Origin: Auanema rhodensis
Taxonomy: Eukaryota; Animalia; Nematoda
Reading direction: 5' to 3'
Assembly (NCBI GenBank): GCA_964057225.1
Contig: OZ059894.1
Location: forward strand, 1,178,001-1,242,000
Length of the DNA: 64,000 nucleotides
A program made the translations under genes and the position numbers. The notes below the pieces were generated by a model. That model ran no database searches. It saw only the letters and a list, made by a program, of their open reading frames with translations, and was not told where the DNA came from. Shown one piece after another: positions 40,170 to 55,950 of the stretch. Every line of letters begins with the position of its first letter. The first letter of the stretch is position 1.

Positions 40170-43100
40170 ACATTACATTGAGAAACGCTTAATACAAAAA
40201 TTAGTTATGATCGTTTGAAAAATGATGCATTAGTGTATGTTGAGTTTCCATGTACACTCAACATTGCTTCCAAAAACATTTTGACAAAAATTTTTTCGAA
40301 AAATTTCAAAATAATTTAGCAAAAAGTAGATGTTTTTAGATTCCTTTTTTCAAGGCAAAGACGATGGACAATGTTATTCATCGAAAAAATTAATTCTTCA
40401 GGGTGAAAATCGAGGATATAAGTGTGAACTTATATCAGTTGATATCTCGGTGCATTTTTAAGCTAGCGCAAATCTGATAACACAGATCGACGCAGCTTAA
40501 AAATCCGCATCGAATGCACTATACTACATTGAGAAACGCTTAATACAAAAATTAGTTATGATCGTTTGAAAAATGATGCATTAGTGTATGTTGAGTTTCC
40601 ATGTACACTCAACATTGCTTCCAAAAACATTTTGACAAAACTTTTTTCGAAAAATTTCAAAATAATTTAGCAAAAAGTAGATGTTTTTAGATTCCTTTTT
40701 TCAAGGCAAAGACGATGGACAATGTTATTCAACGAAAAAATTAATTCTTCAGGGTGAAAATCGAGGATATAAGTGTGAACTTATATCAGTTGATATCTCG
40801 GTGCATTTTTAAGCTAGCGCAAATCTGATAACACAGATCGACGCAGCTTAAAAATCCGCATCGAATGCACTACATTACATTGAGAAACGCTTAATACAAA
40901 AATTAGTTATGATCGTTTGAAAAATGATGCATTAGTGTATGTTGAGTTTCCATGTACACTCAACATTGCTTCCAAAAACATTTTGACAAAAATTTTTTCA
41001 AAAAATTTCGATATAATTTAGCAAAAAGTAGATGTTTTTAGATTCCTTTTTTCAAGGCGAAGACGATGGACAATGTTATTCAACGAAAAAATTAATTCTT
41101 CAGGGTGAAAATCGAGGATATAAGTGTGAACTTATATCAGTTGATATCTCGGTGCATTTTTAAGCTAGCGCAAATCTGATAACACAGATCGACGCAGCTT
41201 AAAAATCCGCATCGAATGCACTATACTACATTGAGAAACGCTTAATACAAAAATTAGTTATGATCGTTTGAAAAATGATGCATTAGTGTATGTTGAGTTT
41301 CCATGTACACTCAACATTGCTTCCAAAAACATTTTGACAAAAATTTTTTCAAAAAATTTCAAAATAATTTAGCAAAAAGTAGATGTTTTTAGATTCCTTT
41401 TTTCAAGGCAAAGACGATCGACAATGTTTTTCAACGAAAAAATTAATTCTTCAGGGTGAAAATCGAGGATATAAGTGTGAACTTATATCAGTTGATATCT
41501 CGGTGCATTTTTAAGCTAGCGCAAATCTGATAACACAGATCGACGCAGCTTAAAAATCCGCATCGAATGCACTATACTACATTGAGAAACGCTTAATACA
41601 AAAATTAGTTATGATCGTTTGAAAAATGATGCATTAGTGTATGTTGAGTTTCCATGTACACTCAACATTGCTTCCAAAAACATTTTGACAAAAATTTTTT
41701 CAAAAAATTTCAAAATAATTTAGCAAAAAGTAGATGTTTTTAGATTCTTTTTTTCAAGGCAAAGACGATGGACAATGTTATTCAACGAAAAAATTAATTC
41801 TTCAGGGTGAAAATCGAGGATATAAGTGTGAACTTATATCAGTTGATATCTCGGTGCATTTTTAAGCTAGCGCAAATCTGATAACACAGATCGACGCAGC
41901 TTAAAAATCCGCACCGAATGCACTATATTACATTGAGAAACGCTTAATACAAAAATTAGTTATGATCGTTTGAAAAATGATGCATTAGTGTATGTTGAGT
42001 TTCCATGTACACTCAACATTGCTTCCAAAAACATTTTGACAAAAATTTTTTCAAAAAATTTCAAAATAATTTAGCAAAAAGTAGATGTTTTTAGATTCCT
42101 TTTTTCAACGCAAAGACGATGGACAATGTTATTCAACGAAAAAATTAATTCTTCAGGGTGAAAACCGAGGATATAAGTGTGAACTTAAATCAGTTGATAT
42201 CTCGGTGCATTTTTAAGCTAGCGCAAATCTGATAACACGGATCGACGCAGCTTAAAAATCCGCATCGAATGCACTATACTACATTGAGAAACGCTTAATA
42301 CAAAAATTAATTATGATCGTTTGAAAAATGATGCATTAGTGTATGTTGAGTTTCCATGTACACTCAACATTGCTTCCAAAAACATTTTGACAAAAATTTT
42401 TTCGAAAAATTTCAAAATAATTTAGCAAAAAGTAGATGTTTTTAGATTCCTTTTTTCAAGGCAAAGACGATGGACAATGTTTTTCAACGAAAAAATTAAT
42501 TCTTCAGGGTGAAAATCGAGGATATAAGTGTGAACTTATATCAGTTGATATCTCGGTGCATTTTTAAGCTAGCGCAAATCTGATAACACAGATCGACGCA
42601 GCTTAAAAATCCGCATTGAATGCACTATACTACATTGAGAAACGCTTCATACAAAAATTAGTTATGATCGTTTGAAAAATGATGCATTAGTGTATGTTGA
42701 GTTTCCATGTACACTCAACATTGCTTCCAAAAACATTTTGACAAAAATTTTTTCAAAAAATTTCAAAATAATTTAGCAAAAAGTAGATGTTTTTAGATTC
42801 CTTTTTCCAAGGCAAAGACGATGGACAATGTTATTCATCGAAAAAATTAATTCTTCAGGGTGAAAATCGAGGATATAAGTGTGAACTTATATCAGTTGAT
42901 ATCTCGGTGCATTTTTAAGCTAGCGCAAATCTGATAACACAGATCGACGCAGCTTAAAAATCCGCATCGAATGCACTACATTACATTGAGAAACGCTTAA
43001 TACAAAAATTAGTTATGATCGTTTGAAAAATGATGCATTAGTGTATGTTGAGTTTCCATGTACACTCAACATTGCTTCCAAAAACATTTTGACAAAAATT

Positions 43101-46100
43101 TTTTCGAAAAATTTCAAAATAATTTAGCAAAAAGTAGATGTTTTTAGATTCGTTTTTCCAAGGCAAAGACGATGGACAATGTTATTCATCGAAAAAATTA
43201 ATTCTTCAGGGTGAAAATCGAGGATATAAGTGTGAACTTATATCAGTTGATATCTCGGTGCATTTTTAAGCTAGCGCAAATCTGATAACACAGATCGACG
43301 CAGCTTAAAAATCCGCATCGAATGCACTATACTACATTGAGAAACGCTTAATACAAAAATTAGTTATGATCGTTTGAAAAATGATGCATTAGTGTATGTT
43401 GAGTTTCCATGTACACTCAACATTGCTTCCAAAAACATTTTGACAAAAATTTTTTCGAAAAATTTCAAAATAATTTAGCAAAAAGTAGATGTTTTTAGAT
43501 TCCTTTTTTCAAGGCAAAGACGATGGACAATGTTATTCATCGAAAAAATTAATTCTTCAGGGTGAAAATCGAGGATATAAGTGTGAACTTATATCAGTTG
43601 ATATCTCGGTGCATTTTTAAGCTAGCGCAAATCTGATAACACAGATCGACGCAGCTTAAAAATCCGCATCGAATGCACTATACTACATTGAGAAACGCTT
43701 AATACAAAAATTAGTTATGATCGTTTGAAAAATGATGCATTAGTGTATGTTGAGTTTCCATGTACACTCAACATTGCTTCCAAAAACATTTTGACAAAAC
43801 TTTTTTCGAAAAATTTCAAAATAATTTAGCAAAAAGTAGATGTTTTTAGATTCCTTTTTTCAAGGCAAAGACGATGGACAATGTTATTCAACGAAAAAAT
43901 TAATTCTTCAGGGTGAAAATCGAGGATATAAGTGTGAACTTATATCAGTTGATATCTCGGTGCATTTTTAAGCTAGCGCAAATCTGATAACACAGATCGA
44001 CGCAGCTTAAAAATCCGCATCGAATGCACTACATTACATTGAGAAACGCTTAATACAAAAATTAGTTATGATCGTTTGAAAAATGATGCATTAGTGTATG
44101 TTGAGTTTCCATGTACACTCAACATTGCTTCCAAAAACATTTTGACAAAAATTTTTTCAAAAAATTTCGATATAATTTAGCAAAAAGTAGATGTTTTTAG
44201 ATTCCTTTTTTCAAGGCGAAGACGATGGACAATGTTATTCAACGAAAAAATTAATTCTTCAGGGTGAAAATCGAGGATATAAGTGTGAACTTATATCAGT
44301 TGATATCTCGGTGCATTTTTAAGCTAGCGCAAATCTGATAACACAGATCGACGCAGCTTAAAAATCCGCATCGAATGCACTATACTACATTGAGAAACGC
44401 TTAATACAAAAATTAGTTATGATCGTTTGAAAAATGATGCATTAGTGTATGTTGAGTTTCCATGTACACTCAACATTGCTTCCAAAAACATTTTGACAAA
44501 AATTTTTTCAAAAAATTTCAAAATAATTTAGCAAAAAGTAGATGTTTTTAGATTCCTTTTTTCAAGGCAAAGACGATCGACAATGTTTTTCAACGAAAAA
44601 ATTAATTCTTCAGGGTGAAAATCGAGGATATAAGTGTGAACTTATATCAGTTGATATCTCGGTGCATTTTTAAGCTAGCGCAAATCTGATAACACAGATC
44701 GACGCAGCTTAAAAATCCGCATCGAATGCACTATACTACATTGAGAAACGCTTAATACAAAAATTAGTTATGATCGTTTGAAAAATGATGCATTAGTGTA
44801 TGTTGAGTTTCCATGTACACTCAACATTGCTTCCAAAAACATTTTGACAAAAATTTTTTCAAAAAATTTCAAAATAATTTAGCAAAAAGTAGATGTTTTT
44901 AGATTCTTTTTTTCAAGGCAAAGACGATGGACAATGTTATTCAACGAAAAAATTAATTCTTCAGGGTGAAAATCGAGGATATAAGTGTGAACTTATATCA
45001 GTTGATATCTCGGTGCATTTTTAAGCTAGCGCAAATCTGATAACACAGATCGACGCAGCTTAAAAATCCGCACCGAATGCACTATATTACATTGAGAAAC
45101 GCTTAATACAAAAATTAGTTATGATCGTTTGAAAAATGATGCATTAGTGTATGTTGAGTTTCCATGTACACTCAACATTGTTTCCAAAAACATTTTGACA
45201 AAAATTTTTTCAAAAAATTTCAAAATAATTTAGCAAAAAGTAGATGTTTTTAGATTCCTTTTTTCAACGCAAAGACGATGGACAATGTTATTCAACGAAA
45301 AAATTAATTCTTCAGGGTGAAAACCGAGGATATAAGTGTGAACTTAAATCAGTTGATATCTCGGTGCATTTTTAAGCTAGCGCAAATCTGATAACACGGA
45401 TCGACGCAGCTTAAAAATCCGCATCGAATGCACTATACTACATTGAGAAACGCTTAATACAAAAATTAATTATGATCGTTTGAAAAATGATGCATTAGTG
45501 TATGTTGAGTTTCCATGTACACTCAACATTGCTTCCAAAAACATTTTGACAAAAATTTTTTCGAAAAATTTCAAAATAATTTAGCAAAAAGTAGATGTTT
45601 TTAGATTCCTTTTTTCAAGGCAAAGACGATGGACAATGTTTTTCAACGAAAAAATTAATTCTTCAGGGTGAAAATCGAGGATATAAGTGTGAACTTATAT
45701 CAGTTGATATCTCGGTGCATTTTTAAGCTAGCGCAAATCTGATAACACAGATCGACGCAGCTTAAAAATCCGCATTGAATGCACTATACTACATTGAGAA
45801 ACGCTTCATACAAAAATTAGTTATGATCGTTTGAAAAATGATGCATTAGTGTATGTTGAGTTTCCATGTACACTCAACATTGCTTCCAAAAACATTTTGA
45901 CAAAAATTTTTTCAAAAAATTTCAAAATAATTTAGCAAAAAGTAGATGTTTTTAGATTCCTTTTTCCAAGGCAAAGACGATGGACATTGTTATTCATCGA
46001 AAAAATTAATTCTTCAGGGTGAAAATCGAGGATATAAGTGTGAACTTATATCAGTTGATATCTCGGTGCATTTTTAAGCTAGCGCAAATCTGATAACACA

Positions 46101-46605
46101 GATCGACGCAGCTTAAAAATCCGCATCGAATGCACTACATTACATTGAGAAACGCTTAATACAAAAATTAGTTATGATCGTTTGAAAAATGATGCATTAG
46201 TGTATGTTGAGTTTCCATGTACACTCAACATTGCTTCCAAAAACATTTTGACAAAAATTTTTTCGAAAAATTTCAAAATAATTTAGCAAAAAGTAGATGT
46301 TTTTAGATTCGTTTTTCCAAGGCAAAGACGATGGACAATGTTATTCATCGAAAAAATTAATTCTTCAGGGTGAAAATCGAGGATATAAGTGTGAACTTAT
46401 ATCAGTTGATATCTCGGTGCATTTTTAAGCTAGCGCAAATCTGATAACACAGATCGACGCAGCTTAAAAATCCGCATCGAATGCACTATACTACATTGAG
46501 AAACGCTTAATACAAAAATTAGTTATGATCGTTTGAAAAATGATGCATTAGTGTATGTTGAGTTTCCATGTACACTCAACATTGCTTCCAAAAACATTTT
46601 GACAA
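40170..46605. repeat. Tandem duplication of a 9-monomer higher-order unit (3159 bp); boundaries approximate
   Basis: Ordered markers recur at +3159: aaaCttt 40641/43800, ttcGaTat 41010/44169, gatCgac 41419/44578, gcaCcg 41914/45073, gcttCat 42648/45807, gattcGttt 43152/46311. Confidence 0.88.
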
Positions 46606-49600
46606 AAATGTTTTCGGAAAATTTCAAAATAATTTAGCAAAAAGTAGATGTTTTTAGATTCCTTTTTTCAAGGCAAAGACGATGGACAATGTTATTCAAC
46701 GAAAAAATTAATTCTTCAGGGTGAAAATCGAGGATATAAGTGTGAACTTATATCAGTTGATATCTCGGTGCATTTTTAAGCTAGCGCAAATCTGATAACA
46801 CAGATCGACGCAGCTTAAAAATCCGCATTGAATGCACTATACTACATTGAGAAACGCTTTATACAAAAATTAGTTATGATTGTTTGAAAAATGATGCATT
46901 AGTGTATGTTGAGTTTCCATGTACACTCAACATTGCTTCCAAAAACATTTTGACAAAAATTTTTTCGAAAAATTTCAAAATAATTTAGCAAAAAGTAGAT
47001 GTTTTTAGATTCCTTTTTTCAAGGCAAAGACGATGGACAATGTTATTCATCGAAAAAATTAATTCTTCAGGGTGAAAATCGAGGATATAAGTGTGAACTT
47101 ATATCAGTTGATATCTCGGTGCATTTTTAAGCTAGCGCAAATCTGATAACACAGATCGACGCAGCTTAAAAATCCGCATCGAATGCACTATACTACATTG
47201 AGAAACGCTTAATACAAAAATTAGTTATGATCGTTTGAAAAATGATGCATTAGTGTATGTTGAGTTTCCATGTACACTCAACATTGCTTCCAAAAACATT
47301 TTGACAAAACTTTTTTCGAAAAATTTCAAAATAATTTAGCAAAAAGTAGATGTTTTTAGATTCCTTTTTTCAAGGCAAAGACGATGGACAATGTTATTCA
47401 ACGAAAAAATTAATTCTTCAGGGTGAAAATCGAGGATATAAGTGTGAACTTATATCAGTTGATATCTCGGTGCATTTTTAAGCTAGCGCAAATCTGATAA
47501 CACAGATCGACGCAGCTTAAAAATCCGCATCGAATGCACTACATTACATTGAGAAACGCTTAATACAAAAATTAGTTATGATCGTTTGAAAAATGATGCA
47601 TTAGTGTATGTTGAGTTTCCATGTACACTCAACATTGCTTCCAAAAACATTTTGACAAAAATTTTTTCAAAAAATTTCGATATAATTTAGCAAAAAGTAG
47701 ATGTTTTTAGATTCCTTTTTTCAAGGCGAAGACGATGGACAATGTTATTCAACGAAAAAATTAATTCTTCAGGGTGAAAATCGAGGATATAAGTGTGAAC
47801 TTATATCAGTTGATATCTCGGTGCATTTTTAAGCTAGCGCAAATCTGATAACACAGATCGACGCAGCTTAAAAATCCGCATCGAATGCACTATACTACAT
47901 TGAGAAACGCTTAATACAAAAATTAGTTATGATCGTTTGAAAAATGATGCATTATTGTATGTTGAGTTTCCATGTACACTCAACATTGCTTCCAAAAACA
48001 TTTTGACAAAAATTTTTTCAAAAAATTTCAAGATAATTTAGCAAAAAGTAGATGTTTTTAGATTCCTTTTTTCAAGGCAAAGACGATCGACAATGTTTTT
48101 CAACGAAAAAATTAATTCTTCAGGGTGAAAATCGAGGATATAAGTGTGAACTTATATCAGTTGATATCTCGGTGCATTTTTAAGCTAGCGCAAATCTGAT
48201 AACACAGATCGACGCAGCTTAAAAATCCGCATCGAATGCACTATACTACATTGAGAAACGCTTAATACAAAAATTAGTTATGATCGTTTGAAAAATGATG
48301 CATTATTGTATGTTGAGTTTCCATGTACACTCAACATTGCTTCCAAAAACATTTTGACAAAAATTTTTTCAAAAAATTTCAAGATAATTTAGCAAAAAGT
48401 AGATGTTTTTAGATTCCTTTTTTCAAGGCGAAGACGATGGACATTGTTATTCAACGAAAAAATCAATTCTTCAGGGTGAAAATCGAGGATATAAGTGTGA
48501 ACTTATATCAGTTGATATCTCGGTGCATTTTTAAGCTAGCGCAAATCTGACAACACAGATCGACGCAGCTTAAAAATCCGCATCGAATGCACTATACTAC
48601 ATTGAGAAACGCTTAATACAAAAATTAGTTATGATCGTTTGAAAAATGATGCATTATTGTATGTTGAGTTTCCATGTACACTCAACATTGCTTCCAAAAA
48701 CATTTTGACAAAAATTTTTTCAAAAAATTTCAAGATAATTTAGCAAAAAGTAGATGTTTTTAGATTCCTTTTTTCAAGGCAAAGACGATCGACAATGTTT
48801 TTCAACGAAAAAATTAATTCTTCAGGGTGAAAATCGAGGATATAAGTGTGAACTTATCTCAGTTGATATCTCGGTGCATTTTTAAGCTAGCGCAAATCTG
48901 ATAACACAGATCGACGCAGCTTAAAAATCCGCATCGAATGCACTATACTACATTGAGAAACGCTTAATACAAAAATTAGTTATGATCGTTTGAAAAATGA
49001 TGCATTAGTGTATGTTGAGTTTCCATGTACACTCAACATTGCTTCCAAAAACATTTTGACAAAAATTTTTTCAAAAAATTTCAAAATAATTTAGCAAAAA
49101 GTAGATGTTTTTAGATTCCTTTTTTCAAGGCAAAGACGATGGACAATGTTATTCAACGAAAAAATTAATTCTTCAGGGTGAAAATCGAGGATATAAGTGT
49201 GAACTTATATCAGTTGATATCTCGGTGCATTTTTAAGCTAGCGCAAATCTGATAACACAGATCGACGCAGCTTAAAAATCCGCACCGAATGCACTATATT
49301 ACATTGAGAAACGCTTAATACAAAAATTAGTTATGATCGTTTGAAAAATGATGCATTAGTGTATGTTGAGTTTCCATGTACACTCAACATTGCTTCCAAA
49401 AACATTTTGACAAAAATTTTTTCAAAAAATTTCAAAATAATTTAGCAAAAAGTAGATGTTTTTAGATTCCTTTTTTCAACGCAAAGACGATGGACAATGT
49501 TATTCAACGAAAAAATTAATTCTTCAGGGTGAAAACCGAGGATATAAGTGTGAACTTAAATCAGTTGATATCTCGGTGCATTTTTAAGCTAGCGCAAATC

Positions 49601-52600
49601 TGATAACACGGATCGACGCAGCTTAAAAATCCGCATCGAATGCACTATACTACATTGAGAAACGCTTAATACAAAAATTAATTATGATCGTTTGAAAAAT
49701 GATGCATTAGTGTATGTTGAGTTTCCATGTACACTCAACATTGCTTCCAAAAACATTTTGACAAAAATTTTTTCGAAAAATTTCAAAATAATTTAGCAAA
49801 AACTAGATGTTTTTAGATTCCTTTTTTCAAGGCAAAGACGATGGACAATGTTTTTCAACGAAAAAATTAATTCTTCAGGGTGAAAATCGAGGATATAAGT
49901 GTGAACTTATATCAGTTGATATCTCGGTGCATTTTTAAGCTAGCGCAAATCTGATAACACAGATCGACGCAGCTTAAAAATCCGCATTGAATGCACTATA
50001 CTACATTGAGAAACGCTTCATACAAAAATTAGTTATGATCGTTTGAAAAATGATGCATTAGTGTATGTTGAGTTTCCATGTACACTCAACATTGCTTCCA
50101 AAAACATTTTGACAAAAATTTTTTCAAAAAATTTCAAAATAATTTAGCAAAAAGTAGATGTTTTTAGATTCCTTTTTCCAAGGCAAAGACGATGGACAAT
50201 GTTATTCATCGAAAAAATTAATTCTTCAGGGTGAAAATCGAGGATATAAGTGTGAACTTATATCAGTTGATATCTCGGTGCATTTTTAAGCTAGCGCAAA
50301 TCTGATAACACAGATCGACGCAGCTTAAAAATCCGCACCGAATGCACTATATTACATTGAGAAACGCTTAATACAAAAATTAGTTATGATCGTTTGAAAA
50401 ATGATGCATTAGTGTATGTTGAGTTTCCATGTACACTCAACATTGCTTCCAAAAACATTTTGACAAAAATTTTTTCAAAAAATTTCAAAATAATTTAGCA
50501 AAAAGTAGATGTTTTTAGATTCCTTTTTTCAACGCAAAGACGATGGACAATGTTATTCAACGAAAAAATTAATTCTTCAGGGTGAAAACCGAGGATATAA
50601 GTGTGAACTTAAATCAGTTGATATCTCGGTGCATTTTTAAGCTAGCGCAAATCTGATAACACGGATCGACGCAGCTTAAAAATCCGCATCGAATGCACTA
50701 TACTACATTGAGAAACGCTTAATACAAAAATTAATTATGATCGTTTGAAAAATGATGCATTAGTGTATGTTGAGTTTCCATGTACACTCAACATTGCTTC
50801 CAAAAACATTTTGACAAAAATTTTTTCGAAAAATTTCAAAATAATTTAGCAAAAACTAGATGTTTTTAGATTCCTTTTTTCAAGGCAAAGACGATGGACA
50901 ATGTTTTTCAACGAAAAAATTAATTCTTCAGGGTGAAAATCGAGGATATAAGTGTGAACTTATATCAGTTGATATCTCGGTGCATTTTTAAGCTAGCGCA
51001 AATCTGATAACACAGATCGACGCAGCTTAAAAATCCGCATTGAATGCACTATACTACATTGAGAAACGCTTCATACAAAAATTAGTTATGATCGTTTGAA
51101 AAATGATGCATTAGTGTATGTTGAGTTTCCATGTACACTCAACATTGCTTCCAAAAACATTTTGACAAAAATTTTTTCAAAAAATTTCAAAATAATTTAG
51201 CAAAAAGTAGATGTTTTTAGATTCCTTTTTCCAAGGCAAAGACGATGGACAATGTTATTCATCGAAAAAATTAATTCTTCAGGGTGAAAATCGAGGATAT
51301 AAGTGTGAACTTATATCAGTTGATATCTCGGTGCATTTTTAAGCTAGCGCAAATCTGATAACACGGATCGACGCAGCTTAAAAATCCGCATCGAATGCAC
51401 TATACTACATTGAGAAACGCTTAATACAAAAATTAATTATGATCGTTTGAAAAATGATGCATTAGTGTATGTTGAGTTTCCATGTACACTCAACATTGCT
51501 TCCAAAAACATTTTGACAAAAATTTTTTCGAAAAATTTCAAAATAATTTAGCAAAAACTAGATGTTTTTAGATTCCTTTTTTCAAGGCAAAGACGATGGA
51601 CAATGTTTTTCAACGAAAAAATTAATTCTTCAGGGTGAAAATCGAGGATATAAGTGTGAACTTATATCAGTTGATATCTCGGTGCATTTTTAAGCTAGCG
51701 CAAATCTGATAACACAGATCGACGCAGCTTAAAAATCCGCATTGAATGCACTATACTACATTGAGAAACGCTTAATACAAAAATTAGTTATGATCGTTTG
51801 AAAAATGATGCATTAGTGTATGTTGAGTTTCCATGTACACTCAACATTGCTTCCAAAAACATTTTGACAAAAATTTTTTCAAAAAATTTCAAAATAATTT
51901 AGCAAAAAGTAGATGTTTTTAGATTCCTTTTTTCAAGGCAAAGACGATCGACAATGTTTTTCAACGAAAAAATTAATTCTTCAGGGTGAAAATCGAGGAT
52001 ATAAGTGTGAACTTATATCAGTTGATATCTCGGTGCATTTTTAAGCTAGCGCAAATCTGATAACACAGATCGACGCAGCTTAAAAATCCGCATCGAATGC
52101 ACTATACTACATTGAGAAACGCTTAATACAAAAATTAGTTATGATCGTTTGAAAAATGATGCATTAGTGTATGTTGAGTTTCCATGTACACTCAACATTG
52201 CTTCCAAAAACATTTTGACAAAAATTTTTTCAAAAAATTTCAAAATAATTTAGCAAAAAGTAGATGTTTTTAGATTCCTTTTTTCAAGGCAAAGACGATG
52301 GACAATGTTATTCAACGAAAAAATTAATTCTTCAGGGTGAAAATCGAGGATATAAGTGTGAACTTATATCAGTTGATATCTCGGTGCATTTTTAAGCTAG
52401 CGCAAATCTGATAACACAGATCGACGCAGCTTAAAAATCCGCACCGAATGCACTATATTACATTGAGAAACGCTTAATACAAAAATTAGTTATGATCGTT
52501 TGAAAAATGATGCATTAGTGTATGTTGAGTTTCCATGTACACTCAACATTGCTTCCAAAAACATTTTGACAAAAATTTTTTCAAAAAATTTGAAAATAAT

Positions 52601-53019
52601 TTAGCAAAAAGTAGATGTTTTTAGATTCCTTTTTTCAAGGCGAAGACGATGGACAATGTTATTCAACGAAAAAATTAATTCTTCAGGGTGAAAATCGAGG
52701 ATATAAGTGTGAACTTATATCAGTTGATATCTCGGTGCATTTTTAAGCTAGCGCAAATCTGATAACACGGATCGACGCAGCTTAAAAATCCGCATCGAAT
52801 GCACTATACTACATTGAGAAACGCTTAATACAAAAATTAATTATGATCGTTTGAAAAATGATGCATTAGTGTATGTTGAGTTTCCATGTACACTCAACAT
52901 TGCTTCCAAAAACATTTTGACAAAAATTTTTTCGAAAAATTTCAAAATAATTTAGCAAAAAGTAGATGTTTTTAGATTCCTTTTTTCAAGGCAAAGACGA
53001 TGGACAATGTTTTTCAACG

Positions 53020-55950
53020 AAAAAATTAATTCTTCAGGGTGAAAATCGAGGATATAAGTGTGAACTTATATCAGTTGATATCTCGGTGCATTTTTAAGCT
53101 AGCGCAAATCTGATAACACAGATCGACGCAGCTTAAAAATCCGCACCGAATGCACTATATTACATTGAGAAACGCTTAATACAAAAATTAGTTATGATCG
53201 TTTGAAAAATGATGCATTAGTGTATGTTGAGTTTCCATGTACACTCAACATTGCTTCCAAAAACATTTTGACAAAAATTTTTTCAAAAAATTTGAAAATA
53301 ATTTAGCAAAAAGTAGATGTTTTTAGATTCCTTTTTTCAAGGCAAAGACGATGGACAATGTTATTCAACGAAAAAATTAATTCTTCAGGGTGAAAATCGA
53401 GGATATAAGTGTGAACATATATCAGTTGATATCTCGGTGCATTTTTAAGCTAGCGCAAATCTGATAACACAGATCGACGCAGCTTAAAAATCCGCATCGA
53501 ATGCACTATACTACATTGAGAAACGCTTAATACAAAAATTAGTTATGATCGTTTGAAAAATGATGCATTAGTGTATGTTGAGTTTCCATGTACACTCAAC
53601 ATTGCTTCCAAAAACATTTTGACAAAAATTTTTTCAAAAAATTTCAAAATAATTTAGCAAAAAGTAGATGTTTTTAGATTCCTTTTTTCAAGGCAAAGAC
53701 GATGGACAATGTTATTCAACGAAAAAATTAATTCTTCAGGGTGAAAATCGAGGATATAAGTGTGAACTTATATCAGTTGATATCTCGGTGCATTTTTAAG
53801 CTAGCGCAAATCTGATAACACGGATCGACGCAGCTTAAAAATCCGCATCGAATGCACTATACTACATTGAGAAACGCTTAATACAAAAATTAATTATGAT
53901 CGTTTGAAAAATGATGCATTAGTGTATGTTGAGTTTCCATGTACACTCAACATTGCTTCCAAAAACATTTTGACAAAAATTTTTTCGAAAAATTTCAAAA
54001 TAATTTAGCAAAAAGTAGATGTTTTTAGATTCCTTTTTTCAAGGCAAAGACGATGGACAATGTTTTTCAACGAAAAAATTAATTCTTCAGGGTGAAAATC
54101 GAGGATATAAGTGTGAACTTATATCAGTTGATATCTCGGTGCATTTTTAAGCTAGCGCAAATCTGATAACACAGATCGACGCAGCTTAAAAATCCGCATT
54201 GAATGCACTATACTACATTGAGAAACGCTTCATACAAAAATTAGTTATGATCGTTTGAAAAATGATGCATTAGTGTATGTTGAGTTTCCATGTACACTCA
54301 ACATTGCTTCCAAAAACATTTTGACAAAAATTTTTTCAAAAAATTTCAAAATAATTTAGCAAAAAGTAGATGTTTTTAGATTCCTTTTCCCAAGGCAAAG
54401 ACGATGGACAATGTTATTCATCGAAAAAATTAATTCTTCAGGGTGAAAATCGAGGATATAAGTGTGAACTTATATCAGTTGATATCTCGGTGCATTTTTA
54501 AGCTAGCGCAAATCTGATAACACAGATCGACGCAGCTTAAAAATCCGCACCGAATGCACTATATTACATTGAGAAACGCTTAATACAAAAATTAGTTATG
54601 ATCGTTTGAAAAATGATGCATTAGTGTATGTTGAGTTTCCATGTACACTCAACATTGCTTCCAAAAACATTTTGACAAAAATTTTTTCAAAAAATTTGAA
54701 AATAATTTAGCAAAAAGTAGATGTTTTTAGATTCCTTTTTTCAAGGCAAAGACGATGGACAATGTTATTCAACGAAAAAATTAATTCTTCAGGGTGAAAA
54801 TCGAGGATATAAGTGTGAACATATATCAGTTGATATCTCGGTGCATTTTTAAGCTAGCGCAAATCTGATAACACAGATCGACGCAGCTTAAAAATCCGCA
54901 TCGAATGCACTATACTACATTGAGAAACGCTTAATACAAAAATTAGTTATGATCGTTTGAAAAATGATGCATTAGTGTATGTTGAGTTTCCATGTACACT
55001 CAACATTGCTTCCAAAAACATTTTGACAAAAATTTTTTCAAAAAATTTCAAAATAATTTAGCAAAAAGTAGATGTTTTTAGATTCCTTTTTTCAAGGCAA
55101 AGACGATGGACAATGTTATTCAACGAAAAAATTAATTCTTCAGGGTGAAAATCGAGGATATAAGTGTGAACTTATATCAGTTGATATCTCGGTGCATTTT
55201 TAAGCTAGCGCAAATCTGATAACACGGATCGACGCAGCTTAAAAATCCGCATCGAATGCACTATACTACATTGAGAAACGCTTAATACAAAAATTAATTA
55301 TGATCGTTTGAAAAATGATGCATTAGTGTATGTTGAGTTTCCATGTACACTCAACATTGCTTCCAAAAACATTTTGACAAAAATTTTTTCGAAAAATTTC
55401 AAAATAATTTAGCAAAAAGTAGATGTTTTTAGATTCCTTTTTTCAAGGCAAAGACGATGGACAATGTTTTTCAACGAAAAAATTAATTCTTCAGGGTGAA
55501 AATCGAGGATATAAGTGTGAACTTATATCAGTTGATATCTCGGTGCATTTTTAAGCTAGCGCAAATCTGATAACACAGATCGACGCAGCTTAAAAATCCG
55601 CATTGAATGCACTATACTACATTGAGAAACGCTTCATACAAAAATTAGTTATGATCGTTTGAAAAATGATGCATTAGTGTATGTTGAGTTTCCATGTACA
55701 CTCAACATTGCTTCCAAAAACATTTTGACAAAAATTTTTTCAAAAAATTTCAAAATAATTTAGCAAAAAGTAGATGTTTTTAGATTCCTTTTCCCAAGGC
55801 AAAGACGATGGACAATGTTATTCATCGAAAAAATTAATTCTTCAGGGTGAAAATCGAGGATATAAGTGTGAACTTATATCAGTTGATATCTCGGTGCATT
55901 TTTAAGCTAGCGCAAATCTGATAACACAGATCGACGCAGCTTAAAAATCC
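53020..55950. repeat. Tandem duplication of a 4-monomer unit (1404 bp); boundaries approximate
   Basis: gcaCcg 53146/54550, gaacAtat 53417/54821, ttttCCcaagg 54389/55793. Confidence 0.85.
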
